From NCBI GenBank assembly GCA_963422735.1, contig OY730476.1:4576001-4640000 (forward strand): 64,000 bases of DNA, read 5' to 3'. The notes beneath the pieces are model-generated. The model did not search any database. It saw only the letters and a list, made by a program, of their open reading frames with translations, and was not told the origin of the DNA. The DNA is from Candidatus Latescibacterota bacterium (GTDB lineage: Bacteria; Latescibacterota; UBA2968; UBA8231). Of the stretch, positions 38,185-48,335 are shown piece after piece; position 1 is the stretch's first letter; the number at the start of each line of letters is the position of its first letter. The translations under genes were made by a program, and so were the position numbers.

Positions 38185-39039
38185 ATGGCCGCAAACATCG
38201 CCCCCGACGATTTTATCGACGCGCTGCTCCCGGTCGTCGGCCAGTGCGCCCGCGCCTCGCTGATTTTCTACGGCCAAGTCGCCGACATTGGCAAGGCCGC
38301 GGACAAGAGCCTCACCGGCAGCAAGGCGCAGGACGCCTCCACGGCCTTCACAGTACTCGACGCGGCCGTGCAGGACATCCTCCTCTTAGCTGTGTTCCAG
38401 CACTTCCCGTTTGTGCGCTGCATTGCCGAAGAGCGCACCCCGCTCAAAAAGCGCTTTGCCGGCAATGCCTCGCCCTACGCGGTCATCCTCGACCCCATCG
38501 ACGGCACCTTGCACTTCAAGCGGGGCGACGCTCCCTATCACATCTCCATAGGCTTGGCTTGCGACGGCCAGATGCTCGCCGCGATGGTCGCGCGGCCCTC
38601 AGAGGACAAAATGTTCACCGCCATCAAGGGCGAAGGTGCTTTCGTGCGCGTCGGCAACAGTCGCCCTCGCCGCTTGCATTTGCCCGGTGCGCCGCGCACG
38701 AATAAAGTTTTCATTTCCTCCAAGGCCCGCCCCTATCAGGCCCTCGCCCGCCCCGCGCTGGACCCGCGCGAAAGCCCTATTGGTGCGGCATTGGTACTCA
38801 CCGAGATCGCCGAGGGTGCGCTGTGCGCTTACCTGACGCGCCAAGTCGAAGTCTATGACGTCGGCCCGCCATCGCTGATCGCCGAAGAAGCCGGGGCGCA
38901 CTGCTACATTGGGGAACACCGCCGCCCGGCCTATACCCAGCGCCGCAAATTCGGGCACTTTTTGGCGGCGGCTAACGACGAGATCGCCGAACACCTCTTT
39001 TCCATCTTGCGCCGTGCGCGCCGAGGCCAACGACTATGA
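38185..39039 (+). CDS. Inositol monophosphatase family protein
   Basis: IAEE, ILDPIDGT, YD…LIAEEAG. Confidence 0.8.
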   Translation: MAANIAPDDFIDALLPVVGQCARASLIFYGQVADIGKAADKSLTGSKAQDASTAFTVLDAAVQDILLLAVFQHFPFVRCIAEERTPLKKRFAGNASPYAVILDPIDGTLHFKRGDAPYHISIGLACDGQMLAAMVARPSEDKMFTAIKGEGAFVRVGNSRPRRLHLPGAPRTNKVFISSKARPYQALARPALDPRESPIGAALVLTEIAEGALCAYLTRQVEVYDVGPPSLIAEEAGAHCYIGEHRRPAYTQRRKFGHFLAAANDEIAEHLFSILRRARRGQRL

Positions 39040-39941
39040 GCTATGAAATCAAAGACGTCCTGCCGGTCGTTCACATGCCGTACACCGACGATCAAGCCAT
39101 TGATTACGCCGTATTGGAAAATGAAGTCGATTATCTTTTCAAGATGGGGGCACACGGGTTCTGCCTCGCCTTGGTATCCGACCTGTTGCGCCTGACGGCT
39201 GCCGAGCGGCTGGTGCTTCCGGCTCGGCTAGTGGAGTTCGCCCGCGGGCGCGGCCCGGTCGTCATCGGCGTCGGGGCCGAGGGCACGGCCCAAGCCCGGC
39301 TCTACGCCCGCGCTGCCGAAGACGGCGGTGCGGCGGCCGTCATGGCCATTCCGCCGATTTCCCGCGCCTTGGGCGAGGGCGAGTTGCGCGCTTATTTTGC
39401 CGCCCTGCTCGCCGAGGTCTCCATCCCGGTCATGATCCAAGACGCCAGCTCATATATCGGCAACCCCATGAGCATTGAATTTCAAGCGTCGCTCTTTTGC
39501 GACTACGGCGACCGCATCCTCTTCAAACCCGAGGCCACTCCTTTGGGGCCTTGCATCTCGGCCCTGCGCCACCACACTGAGGGCCGGGCCGGCATATTTG
39601 AAGGCAGCGGCGGCTTGCTGTTGATCGACTCCTTCCGCCGTGGCATTCGCGGGACCATTCCCGGCGTCGAGCTACTCGACGGCACAGTGGCCCTGTGGCG
39701 CGCCCTCGCAGCCGGCGACGAAGTGCGCGCGTACCAGATATACTTTCCCATCTGCGCCCTGTGTACTTTGCAAATCCAAGGGGGCTTGGATGGCTTCATC
39801 GTGGTTGAGCGCTACTTAATGCACAAGCGTGGCCTCTTTCCCAACCAAGTCCACCGCGGCCCTGTGAGCTATGCTCTCGATGCGGAAACGTGCGCCGAAA
39901 TAGATCGTCTGTTCGAGCGGTTACAGGAAGCATTGCGGTAG
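39036..39941 (+). CDS. Dihydrodipicolinate synthase/class I aldolase family protein
   Basis: GVG, VMAIPP, PVMIQD, FKPE Schiff-base Lys. Confidence 0.85.
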   Translation: MSYEIKDVLPVVHMPYTDDQAIDYAVLENEVDYLFKMGAHGFCLALVSDLLRLTAAERLVLPARLVEFARGRGPVVIGVGAEGTAQARLYARAAEDGGAAAVMAIPPISRALGEGELRAYFAALLAEVSIPVMIQDASSYIGNPMSIEFQASLFCDYGDRILFKPEATPLGPCISALRHHTEGRAGIFEGSGGLLLIDSFRRGIRGTIPGVELLDGTVALWRALAAGDEVRAYQIYFPICALCTLQIQGGLDGFIVVERYLMHKRGLFPNQVHRGPVSYALDAETCAEIDRLFERLQEALR

Positions 39942-40046
39942 ATTGGGAGAGAAACAACGTTGCGGAAGGCGAGGGACGATTTTGTACATGAGCAGCTAGG
40001 CACCGCGGACTTTTATCTATGTGCTATAGAAAGAGGAGAACAACAG

Positions 40047-40997
40047 ATGTTTGGCTTAGATATCAAAATAGCGGAGGAATTTGACGGCGGGGAACATGCA
40101 GTAATTTTCTATGGAAACTGCATAGAGCTGCTCAAGTCTATCCCAGATAAATCAATCCAATTGGTTGTTACATCGCCCCCGTACAATATAGGTAAGGAAT
40201 ATGAAAAAAGACTTGATATTGAGACCTACGTAAAACAACAAAGGGAAGTAATAAAAGAATGCGTCCGCGTTCTCTCTAACTCTGGCAGTATCTGTTGGCA
40301 AGTGGGGAATTATGTTAATAATGGATCAATTATTCCTCTCGATACTATTCTTTTTTCTATATTTCAAGAGCAAAATCTCGTCATGAGAAATAGGATTATT
40401 TGGCACTTTGAACATGGTCTTCACTGTTCGAGAAGATTTTCGGGCCGCTATGAAACAATAAATTGGTTCACTAAGAAAACAAAAGATTATATTTTTAATC
40501 TCGACCCTGTACGGGTTCCACAAAAATACCCGGCGAAGAAATATTTTAGAGGACCGAAAGCTGGACAGTATTCTTGTAATCCATTGGGAAAGAATCCGGG
40601 CGATATTTGGGATATTCCAAATGTTAAAAGCAATCACGTAGAAAAAACCCAACATCCTTGCCAGTATCCAGTCGAATTGATTGAGCGGCTTGTTTTATCA
40701 ATGACTAATGAGAATGACTGGGTATTCGACCCGTTCCTTGGGACAGGCACCTCCATTATTGCGGCTATAAAAAACGGCCGCCGAGGTGTTGGAGCAGAGA
40801 CAGAAGATAGGTACGTCAAGATCGCCCGAGATAGGGTGCAGAGCGCAATAAACGGAACGTTGAGAACTAGACCGATGAATAAACCTAAATACGATCCTGA
40901 GGCGAAAGCCGTGTTGCCTTGGGACCAGAGAGAGAAAAAATCCGATCAGTTAACTTTAATAAAAGAAGTAAAGAAGAGCCGCCGTGAAGATAGTTGA
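40047..40997 (+). CDS. Site-specific DNA methyltransferase, beta class (likely N4-cytosine)
   Basis: TSPPYN, HPCQYP, DPFLGTGT; AT-rich relative to the window. Confidence 0.92.
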   Translation: MFGLDIKIAEEFDGGEHAVIFYGNCIELLKSIPDKSIQLVVTSPPYNIGKEYEKRLDIETYVKQQREVIKECVRVLSNSGSICWQVGNYVNNGSIIPLDTILFSIFQEQNLVMRNRIIWHFEHGLHCSRRFSGRYETINWFTKKTKDYIFNLDPVRVPQKYPAKKYFRGPKAGQYSCNPLGKNPGDIWDIPNVKSNHVEKTQHPCQYPVELIERLVLSMTNENDWVFDPFLGTGTSIIAAIKNGRRGVGAETEDRYVKIARDRVQSAINGTLRTRPMNKPKYDPEAKAVLPWDQREKKSDQLTLIKEVKKSRREDS

Positions 40998-41329
40998 GAA
41001 GTACTCTCACTTAAACGGACTTGAATATCTACTCGTTCATCACCCTGACCTGTGGAAAGAGATCGAGGAGGTCATTGAGCAAGTAGATGGTGGCTATTGA
41101 GGTGCAATTTGGAAAGTACTCGTTCGTCGCATACGACTTATTTGTCAAGCATCTTGCTTTTTATGTTAGAGATCAAATCGATGTGGGTATTGAGATATTG
41201 CCGATGAAGACATTGCAGTCCCAAATGAGCTCTGGAGTCTCTTACTATGAGGGAGAGTTGTACAATGTAGTTAGGCAAGGACGCGGTGTGCCAACGGTTC
41301 CTCTGGTCATTGTAGGCATGGAAGAATGA
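40984..41329 (+). pseudogene. BglII/BstYI-family restriction endonuclease with internal deletion and frameshift
   Basis: KIVEKYSHLNGLEYLLVH…IEQVD joins out of frame to VAIEVQFGKY…DVGIEILP…SSG; the middle of the gene is missing. Confidence 0.8.
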
Positions 41330-41362
41330 CTCCCTGTGCGTCTTCTCAAGGCAAAGTAGCTC

Positions 41363-42550
41363 ATGCACGAGGGTGAAGGTACATTGCTCGACTCAAAGCG
41401 CATGCAGGCGGTCCAATCCCCGGTGATTCCGCATGTGGCTGCCCTCATCCGCGACAACCCGGGCACCATTTCCCTCGGCCAAGGCGTGGTGCATTACCCG
41501 CCGCCGCCGCAGGCCATCCAAGTGCTTGCCCGTTTTGGCGGCGCAATTGCCGAACACCACTATCAAGCCGCCCGCGGCCTGCCCGAACTCAGGGAAGGGC
41601 TGCGCCAAAAACTCGCGTACGAAAATCAAATTGAGGTGGGCGACGACCAGCTCTTGATGGTCACGGCCGGCTCCAACATGGGCTTTTACTACGCCTTGCT
41701 CGCCGTTGCCGACCCGGGCGATGAGATCGTCGTGATGTCGCCTTTTTATTTCAACCACGAAATGGCCGTGGCCATGGCCAATTGCCGGGCCGTGCTCGTG
41801 GCTACGGACGCTGCCTATCAGCTCGACCTTGACGCGATTGAGGCTGCGATCACAGCGCGCACCCGCGCCATTATCACGATCTCGCCCAACAACCCAACGG
41901 GCGCAGTCTATCGGCCCGCGGACTTGGCGGCGGTCAATCGGCTCTGCCGCGAGCGGGGCCTCTACCACTTTGCCGACGAGGCGTACGAGTACTTCACCTA
42001 TGGCGCGGCGCGGCACTTTTCGCCCGGCTCACTGCCCGACAGTGCCGAGCACACCATCTCGCTCTTTTCCTTTTCCAAGGCATACGGCCTCGCTAGTTGG
42101 CGGGTCGGCTATCTCGTGGCCCCTCGGCACCTGCTGGGTGCGCTGGAAAAGATCCAAGACACCGTGCTCATCTGCCCGCCGGTTATCTCGCAACGCACCG
42201 CGCTCGGAGCACTTGCAGCTGGATCTGCGTACTGTAGGGGCCATCTAGCGGGTATGGATGCGGTGCGCCGGCTCTGCCTAGAGCGGCTCGGCGCACTAGG
42301 CGAGCGAGTACAAGTGCCTGCGGCCGAAGGAGCTTTTTATTTATTAGCACGTCTGCAAACCGACCTCGACGCTATGGAGGTGGTCGCCGGCTTGGTGCGG
42401 AAACACAAGGTCGCGGTCATCCCCGGCAATGCCTTTGGATTGAGCGCGGACTGCTATTTGCGCGTTGCCTACGGTGCCCTGCGCCAAGAGGATGTGGCCG
42501 AGGGTATGGATCGGCTCGTCGGGGGCTTGGAGCAGATTCTCGCCGCTTGA
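41363..42550 (+). CDS. PLP-dependent aminotransferase class I/II
   Basis: SPNNPTG, DEAY, SFSKAYGLASWRVG. Confidence 0.93.
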   Translation: MHEGEGTLLDSKRMQAVQSPVIPHVAALIRDNPGTISLGQGVVHYPPPPQAIQVLARFGGAIAEHHYQAARGLPELREGLRQKLAYENQIEVGDDQLLMVTAGSNMGFYYALLAVADPGDEIVVMSPFYFNHEMAVAMANCRAVLVATDAAYQLDLDAIEAAITARTRAIITISPNNPTGAVYRPADLAAVNRLCRERGLYHFADEAYEYFTYGAARHFSPGSLPDSAEHTISLFSFSKAYGLASWRVGYLVAPRHLLGALEKIQDTVLICPPVISQRTALGALAAGSAYCRGHLAGMDAVRRLCLERLGALGERVQVPAAEGAFYLLARLQTDLDAMEVVAGLVRKHKVAVIPGNAFGLSADCYLRVAYGALRQEDVAEGMDRLVGGLEQILAA

Positions 42551-42576
42551 CACGGTAGGTTATTTAGACGTATGTT
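42547..42576 (+). promoter_or_regulatory. Putative sigma70 promoter
   Basis: TTGACA-N18-TATGTT; would imply a start codon downstream of 42572. Confidence 0.45.
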
Positions 42577-45403
42577 TCAACCAACAGAGAGCGACCTGAA
42601 TCTGCGTAAAGAATACCCCAAGGGAAGTTTTCCACTTCTCTGCGACGTGGAACTTCGACAAACATTGTATTCGGTATTCTGGCGGGTTGGTCGCTCTTCT
42701 TTTTTTTTTCTGTTCGCCTTCCTGCTCTTGCCAGCGGTCCTTCGCGCCCAACCCCTCGCCATGGCCCCGAATGCGCTCGACTTGGGTGTAGTCGGCGTCG
42801 GCGTGGAGGCGCGAGCGTCCGTTTCCGTCGAAAATCTACAAGACGACGCGCTTAAAGTGATCGTCGGCATTAGCGGTGCTGGTTTTGGCGCGGCACCGGA
42901 TACGCTGCGCTTGGACGGCAAGGGCACCGACAGCGTCGAAGTGCGCTTCAGCGCCGACGCGTCCGGGGAGTACGTGGGCGAGCTGACGTTGCAGGTAGCC
43001 GCCTTGTTCAAAGACCAGTGCCTAGTCGTGCCGATCCAAGCGGTAGCCGTTGTTCCCACTCTGGTACTATTGCCGGCCGAGGGGCTGGATTTTGGCTCGG
43101 TGCCAGTCGGACAAGTGGCGACGGCAGCCATTGTCGTCAAAAACACCGGTGCCGTGCCCGTGGCGTCTGGGCAGATGGACGTTGTCGATCCGCAGGGCCC
43201 CTTTAGCGTGGAGGGCGACGTCGGCCCTTGGCCTGCCCCCAGCGGTGAAACGCGAATTGACGTTGCGTTCGCCCCGATGCGCGCAGGGCCGATCTCGGCT
43301 GAATTCGTGGTCACCGCGCCCGACTTTGGGGATTGGTCCATTCCCCTGCGGGGGAGCGGTTTGGTGCCGCAGGCGGCCTTTTCGCCTCTCCCGCAAGTGG
43401 GTCTCGATTTTGGCACTGTCGAGGTGGGCCAGCGCCTAACACGCCGCGTGACTGTCCTCAATCAGGGCCAAGCCGAGCTGCACATTGAAAACGCCGATAT
43501 CGAGGGTGCGGCCTTTGTCCTTGGGGCCGGGGACTCGTCGGCGACCATCGCTCCCGAGGGGCGGCTCGACCTGAGTACGGCGTTTGTGCCGCAAAGCGAA
43601 GGCGACCAAAACGGCATCCTGCACCTGTATACCAGCGATCCACAAGCCGCCACGGTCGCCATCCCCCTCGCGGGTCGCGGCCAAATCAGCCCGCCGCGCA
43701 TCGAGATTCTCCATGGCGACATTGACTTAGGCAGCGTACCCATCGGCGGGAGTGTGCGCGGCCATTTGCTGTTGTGGAACAGGGGAGGCCAGCCGGGCGT
43801 AGTGGAGGTCTCCGTGGTCGCGGACGAAGGCGTTGAATTCGGTCTCGAACAACACTCGGTCCTCGTCCAGCCTAGGGCCAGCGCCCAGGTAGGGCTGAGT
43901 TTTTCGCCCAAGGAAGCCGGTCCTCGCCAAGCTACTCTCCACGTCGAGGCCGAAGCCGAGCGTCAGACCGTGCGCTTGCAGGGCATAGGCCAGTTTTTCG
44001 CCCTCAGCCCAGCGACCGTGGACTTCGGCCGAGTCGCCGTCGGCGAAAGCAGCAGCCGAGTTGTCGAAATAGCCAATGTGGGCAACGCCGACTTTGAGAT
44101 TCACCAGTTGCGCTCGACGAGTGCCGCATTTACCGCCCATACCCCAATTGACGCCGACAACAAATTCCTGCTGCCGGCCCACCGCCAGCGCACCTTGCCG
44201 CTGCACGTGGCTTTCAGCCCGTCGGCCCGCGGAGCGATTTCGGGAACCTTGCGCTTGGACGGTTTGGGCGTGAATGAGATGATGACGCTCGACATCCTGC
44301 TCAAGGGCAACGGAGTGGCCGCCGAGATTGAGTTGCATCCGGCGGGCAGCGTCGATTTTGGCTACGTGGCCTTGGGGGAGCAGGTGGAAAGGACCTTTGT
44401 GGCCACCAATGTCGGCGATACCGTGCTGCAAGTCGAAGCGCATCCCCAAAGCAAGGAGGCCCATGTCTCGCCGGCGCAATTCGCGCTGGCCCCGGGCGAG
44501 TCCGCACGTCTCAAGTTCTTTTTTGCACCCGATGCCTTGGGCGAGTGCCGAGGGCGCGTTTTGTTGGTCAGCAACGACGTCAAGGACCGCGCCCGTCCGC
44601 TCGAATACAAGGGGCACGGAGTGCTGGCAGACATCGACTTGGCGCAGATTGTCGAGTTGTTGGTCTCGCGCGGCGAAAAGACCGAGCCGTTGGCCGTCAG
44701 TTGGAACAATGCTCCCGTCGTGCAAAAAGACGGCACCAAAGTGGATGTGGCCTTTGCGATTCCCGACTCGCTATGGCGGGCACTAATCGGTCGCGAGATG
44801 GCGGTAGAGTGGACCCGGCTCGACGAAAACTACGCCCCCAAAGGCAGTACCCAAAAGAAGAAGGTTACAATCTACGAGTCGAGCGGCGGACGCGTCCTAG
44901 CCGAGGATCTCAACTTGCGGCTGTCGGAAGAAGACAATCGCCGAGTGCGGCTCAAAATCACTACCCATAGCTACCCGGGTGCCCCGCCGCAGAGCGTGTC
45001 GCAGCTTTTGGAGGCCGGGGGCTGGAAGTGGGAATTTGAGGCCAAGCCGCTGGTTTCCTTTTTGACGATCCGTCCTGGGCGCGATTATATCGACGCCGAT
45101 GGCGACGCGGTCCAAGGCGAAACCGAGCGCCTGATTGGCTTGCCTGGATTGGCCTTTGCCGGCTGGCACAACGTGGATAACCCGTCGATTTCCGGCGTCC
45201 ATTGCACCGCCATCGGCAATGTTCTCGAAGCCCTTTCGACCGGAAACTCGCTGGCCATTTCTCTGGGCGTGGCCATTTCTTTTTACAAGGATCAGTTCCT
45301 CTTCGGCTTCGGCTGGGACATTTACGACAGCCGACCCCGAGGCAAGAAGAAAGGCTCGCAGGACTACATTATGACCTTTAAGTACTCGGGATTGTTCAAG
45401 TGA
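42572..45403 (+). CDS. Secreted protein with tandem ASH/choice-of-anchor D Ig-like domains
   Basis: Signal-like hydrophobic stretch; six LDFG.V.VG…N.G…V.F.P repeats; unassigned C-terminal about 260 aa. Confidence 0.8.
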   Translation: MFQPTESDLNLRKEYPKGSFPLLCDVELRQTLYSVFWRVGRSSFFFLFAFLLLPAVLRAQPLAMAPNALDLGVVGVGVEARASVSVENLQDDALKVIVGISGAGFGAAPDTLRLDGKGTDSVEVRFSADASGEYVGELTLQVAALFKDQCLVVPIQAVAVVPTLVLLPAEGLDFGSVPVGQVATAAIVVKNTGAVPVASGQMDVVDPQGPFSVEGDVGPWPAPSGETRIDVAFAPMRAGPISAEFVVTAPDFGDWSIPLRGSGLVPQAAFSPLPQVGLDFGTVEVGQRLTRRVTVLNQGQAELHIENADIEGAAFVLGAGDSSATIAPEGRLDLSTAFVPQSEGDQNGILHLYTSDPQAATVAIPLAGRGQISPPRIEILHGDIDLGSVPIGGSVRGHLLLWNRGGQPGVVEVSVVADEGVEFGLEQHSVLVQPRASAQVGLSFSPKEAGPRQATLHVEAEAERQTVRLQGIGQFFALSPATVDFGRVAVGESSSRVVEIANVGNADFEIHQLRSTSAAFTAHTPIDADNKFLLPAHRQRTLPLHVAFSPSARGAISGTLRLDGLGVNEMMTLDILLKGNGVAAEIELHPAGSVDFGYVALGEQVERTFVATNVGDTVLQVEAHPQSKEAHVSPAQFALAPGESARLKFFFAPDALGECRGRVLLVSNDVKDRARPLEYKGHGVLADIDLAQIVELLVSRGEKTEPLAVSWNNAPVVQKDGTKVDVAFAIPDSLWRALIGREMAVEWTRLDENYAPKGSTQKKKVTIYESSGGRVLAEDLNLRLSEEDNRRVRLKITTHSYPGAPPQSVSQLLEAGGWKWEFEAKPLVSFLTIRPGRDYIDADGDAVQGETERLIGLPGLAFAGWHNVDNPSISGVHCTAIGNVLEALSTGNSLAISLGVAISFYKDQFLFGFGWDIYDSRPRGKKKGSQDYIMTFKYSGLFK

Positions 45404-46349
45404 GCAGGCGGCGGTACACCATGGCCGCTGCACACAAGTCCTGCGCCCCCATCCCGGTCAGATAAACCGCGCTAGGTGCTGTCGCGCCAAGCCGCCCGCA
45501 GGCGGCGTCGCCGATATCGAGTACCGCGCCCTCGGCATTCCGCGCCAAGGCGATCTGCTCGGCTTGGCCCTGCTCGGCCGCAAAGCGGAACTCCCCGGAC
45601 CGCTGGGCTTGAGCGAGGATATCGACGACCACCGTGCGCTCGTAGAGGACCTCCGGCGCGAGCTGGCGTGTGCGACTATCCCCGGCGATGACGGCGAGAT
45701 AGGGGACCTCAGCTAGTGCCGCCGCCGTCAAAATGGGCTGCGGCGTCGGTACCGCCGTCAGCACGGCGTCGGCATCGGCTATACAGGCCTCTAGCGACGC
45801 TGCTACCCGCAGGCGCGCTCGCAGGTCCGGCCCGACCGCTTCGGCAAACGCCGCCCGGTTTGCCGCCCGGCGACTCGTGCAGGCAATCTCCGCCAAATCA
45901 AAGAGTGTGTCGCAGGATAGGGCCAAGCTCCGCGCAATCCGGCCGGTTCCCAGAATGGCGACTCGCTCGATGGCCGCACCCGCTAGGTATTGGAGACCCA
46001 ATGCCCCGGCCGCGCCGGTGCGCCTGTCGGTGATGTGTCCCGCCTCTAGCCTCCGCGCCCGGTCCTGTTGCAAGTCTTCAAATGCGATATACGCCTCCCG
46101 CTTAGCCAGCCGTCCGGTCGCCACGTCTGAAAACTCTTCGATAATTTTTCTCGAGCGAAACGTACCCAGCCATTCGGCTGGCATATCCAAGCGAAAGTAG
46201 TCGAGTGCCCCGCGCTTTTGGATGGATTCAGTGCGCGGCGGATTGTCGATGACCCCCGCACCGTACCGCTCGAACGCTTGGTGACAGGCGGCGAGAAAAT
46301 CAGCTATGGAGAACCGATGGGCAAAGGCTTCTTCGCGCAGGAGATCCAC
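45396..46349 (-). CDS. Ornithine cyclodeaminase/mu-crystallin family protein
   Basis: TDRRTGAAG, ILGTG, TGMGAQDL. Confidence 0.75.
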   Translation of the reverse strand: MDLLREEAFAHRFSIADFLAACHQAFERYGAGVIDNPPRTESIQKRGALDYFRLDMPAEWLGTFRSRKIIEEFSDVATGRLAKREAYIAFEDLQQDRARRLEAGHITDRRTGAAGALGLQYLAGAAIERVAILGTGRIARSLALSCDTLFDLAEIACTSRRAANRAAFAEAVGPDLRARLRVAASLEACIADADAVLTAVPTPQPILTAAALAEVPYLAVIAGDSRTRQLAPEVLYERTVVVDILAQAQRSGEFRFAAEQGQAEQIALARNAEGAVLDIGDAACGRLGATAPSAVYLTGMGAQDLCAAAMVYRRLLT

Positions 46350-46416
46350 GTCTTATCCTTTGTTTCTTGACGTAACTTACCGTTTTTTATTCATTTAATA
46401 ATATAACGTTGGAGCG

Positions 46417-46872
46417 ATGGAACGAGAAAACCCCAACTTGCAGGAGCTAGTTTTGTGGGGGCTGGCCGTTGTGGCCATAGCCCTTCTCCTTAAAGCGGCC
46501 TTTTGGCCGCACTCTGCTGCTGTCCCCGAGCCAACGCCCCAACGGGAAGTTCCCAAGCTGGAAACCACTTCCCAAATCAGCCCCATTCGGGTTGAAATTC
46601 TCAACGGCGGAGGCGAACCGCAGATCGCTGCCCGCCTCCGCAAAAAGGTACGCGCCCTCGGGCTAGATGTGATTCACGAAGGCAATGCACCCAGCTTCAA
46701 TTACTTACACACCCTCGTCGTCGATTTGGACGGCGATATTGAGCAAGCCCGACAAGTGGCGGATGTCTTGGGAATACCCCATTTTATTCAGCAGAAGACG
46801 GATCAGTTCAGCTTGGCGAGCGTCTCGATTGTCATCGGGCGCGACTATCGCCGCATCGGCCTGCTCGACTAG
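46417..46872 (+). CDS. LytR C-terminal domain membrane protein
   Basis: TM helix, VEILNGGG, GNA, VIGRDY. Confidence 0.85.
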   Translation: MERENPNLQELVLWGLAVVAIALLLKAAFWPHSAAVPEPTPQREVPKLETTSQISPIRVEILNGGGEPQIAARLRKKVRALGLDVIHEGNAPSFNYLHTLVVDLDGDIEQARQVADVLGIPHFIQQKTDQFSLASVSIVIGRDYRRIGLLD

Positions 46873-46899
46873 GCCGAGTAATACCAAGAGAAAACGGCC

Positions 46900-47295
46900 G
46901 TGAAACAAGAGCCGGGCATCGCCCGCGTCGTAGAAATTTTACAAGATAAAAAGGCCCTCGCAGTAACCTTGCTGGACCTGCGCGACGTCACCGACACCTG
47001 TGACTACTTCCTGCTCTGTACGGGCACCTCTGAACAGCACATCCGCAGCCTCGCCGACGAGGTGCGGGACCAACTCGCCGCGATGGGAGAAAAGCCTTGG
47101 CACATTGAGGGCGTGGATACGCGGCGCTGGGTGCTGATAGATTACGTCGATTTCGTCGTCCACATCTTTCGCAAGGAGGCACGCGACTTCTACGCCCTAG
47201 AGAGGCTATGGGGCGACGCCGAGCGCACGGACTTCCCAGATGAGAGTGAGCCCGAGGAAGCCGCAGAAACCTCCTTTGAATTTTCGACCTTCTAA
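46900..47295 (+). CDS. rsfS: Ribosome silencing factor
   Basis: DKKA, DYFLLCTG, WVLIDY, VVHIF, FYALERLW. Confidence 0.96.
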   Translation: MKQEPGIARVVEILQDKKALAVTLLDLRDVTDTCDYFLLCTGTSEQHIRSLADEVRDQLAAMGEKPWHIEGVDTRRWVLIDYVDFVVHIFRKEARDFYALERLWGDAERTDFPDESEPEEAAETSFEFSTF

Positions 47296-48335
47296 TGCCG
47301 ATGCAAACGCTCAGATGGCAGGACGATGCTCTGATCCTGCTCGACCAGACTCGCTTACCCGGGGAGCTGGTGTACGCGACCTATCGCCACGTTGAGGACA
47401 TTGCCCGCGCCATTGAAGAGCTGGTGGTGCGCGGCGCACCGGCCATTGGCTTGGCGGCTGCGTACGGCGTCGCGGTGGGCGCACGCGCAGCGGTCGATTG
47501 CGCCCCCGAGGCCTTTTGCCGCTGCGTGGAAGCGGCCATCGCCCGCCTCGCCCGCACCCGGCCCACCGCGGTCAACCTGTTTTGGGCCTTGGATCAGATG
47601 CAGGAGGTGTTGGCGGCGAATCGGAGCCGCGACAACCACGCCATCTACGACGCCCTGCTAGAGGCCGCGCATCGCCTCTTTGAGGAAGATCGCCAAATCT
47701 GTCGCCAGATCGGTGCCCGCGGCGCGGCACTTTTGCGCGATGGCAGCCAAGTTATCACCCACTGCAACGCCGGCGGCTTGGCCACGGCCGACTACGGCAC
47801 GGCCTTGGGGGTCGTCTATGCGGCCCAAGAGGCGGGTAAGAAAGTCGCCGTGTTTGCCGACGAGACCCGCCCCTTGCTCCAAGGTTCGCGGCTGACGGCG
47901 TGGGAGCTGATACAGAGCGGCATCGACGTCAAGGTCATCTGCGACAATGCGGCCGCGGCCGTGCTGCGGAGCGAGGCGATTGATTGCTGCCTAGTGGGGG
48001 CTGACCGCATCGCCAAAAACGGCGACGTGGCCAACAAAATAGGCACCTACGGGCTGGCCATCCTTGCCCGCGAGCACGGCGTGCCCTTCTACGTGGCCGC
48101 GCCGTGCTCGACCCTCGACATGGCCTTGGCCTCGGGCGCGGAAATCCCCATTGAAAAGCGAGACGCAGCCGAGGTCCGCGAAGGCATGGGCAAGCCCACA
48201 GCCCCGGATGCGGTGCCGGTTTACAATCCGGCCTTTGACGTCACGCCCTGCGACTTGGTGTCGGCGATCATCTCGGAAAAGGGCGTCGCCCGCGCTCCGT
48301 ACGAACCCGCTTTGTGCGCTTGGGTCGAGCCATGA
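47295..48335 (+). CDS. mtnA: S-methyl-5-thioribose-1-phosphate isomerase
   Basis: LDQTRLP, VRGAPAIG, RPTAVNL, THCNAG, ETRPLLQGSRLT, NKIGTY, NPAFDVTP. Confidence 0.96.
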   Translation: MPMQTLRWQDDALILLDQTRLPGELVYATYRHVEDIARAIEELVVRGAPAIGLAAAYGVAVGARAAVDCAPEAFCRCVEAAIARLARTRPTAVNLFWALDQMQEVLAANRSRDNHAIYDALLEAAHRLFEEDRQICRQIGARGAALLRDGSQVITHCNAGGLATADYGTALGVVYAAQEAGKKVAVFADETRPLLQGSRLTAWELIQSGIDVKVICDNAAAAVLRSEAIDCCLVGADRIAKNGDVANKIGTYGLAILAREHGVPFYVAAPCSTLDMALASGAEIPIEKRDAAEVREGMGKPTAPDAVPVYNPAFDVTPCDLVSAIISEKGVARAPYEPALCAWVEP

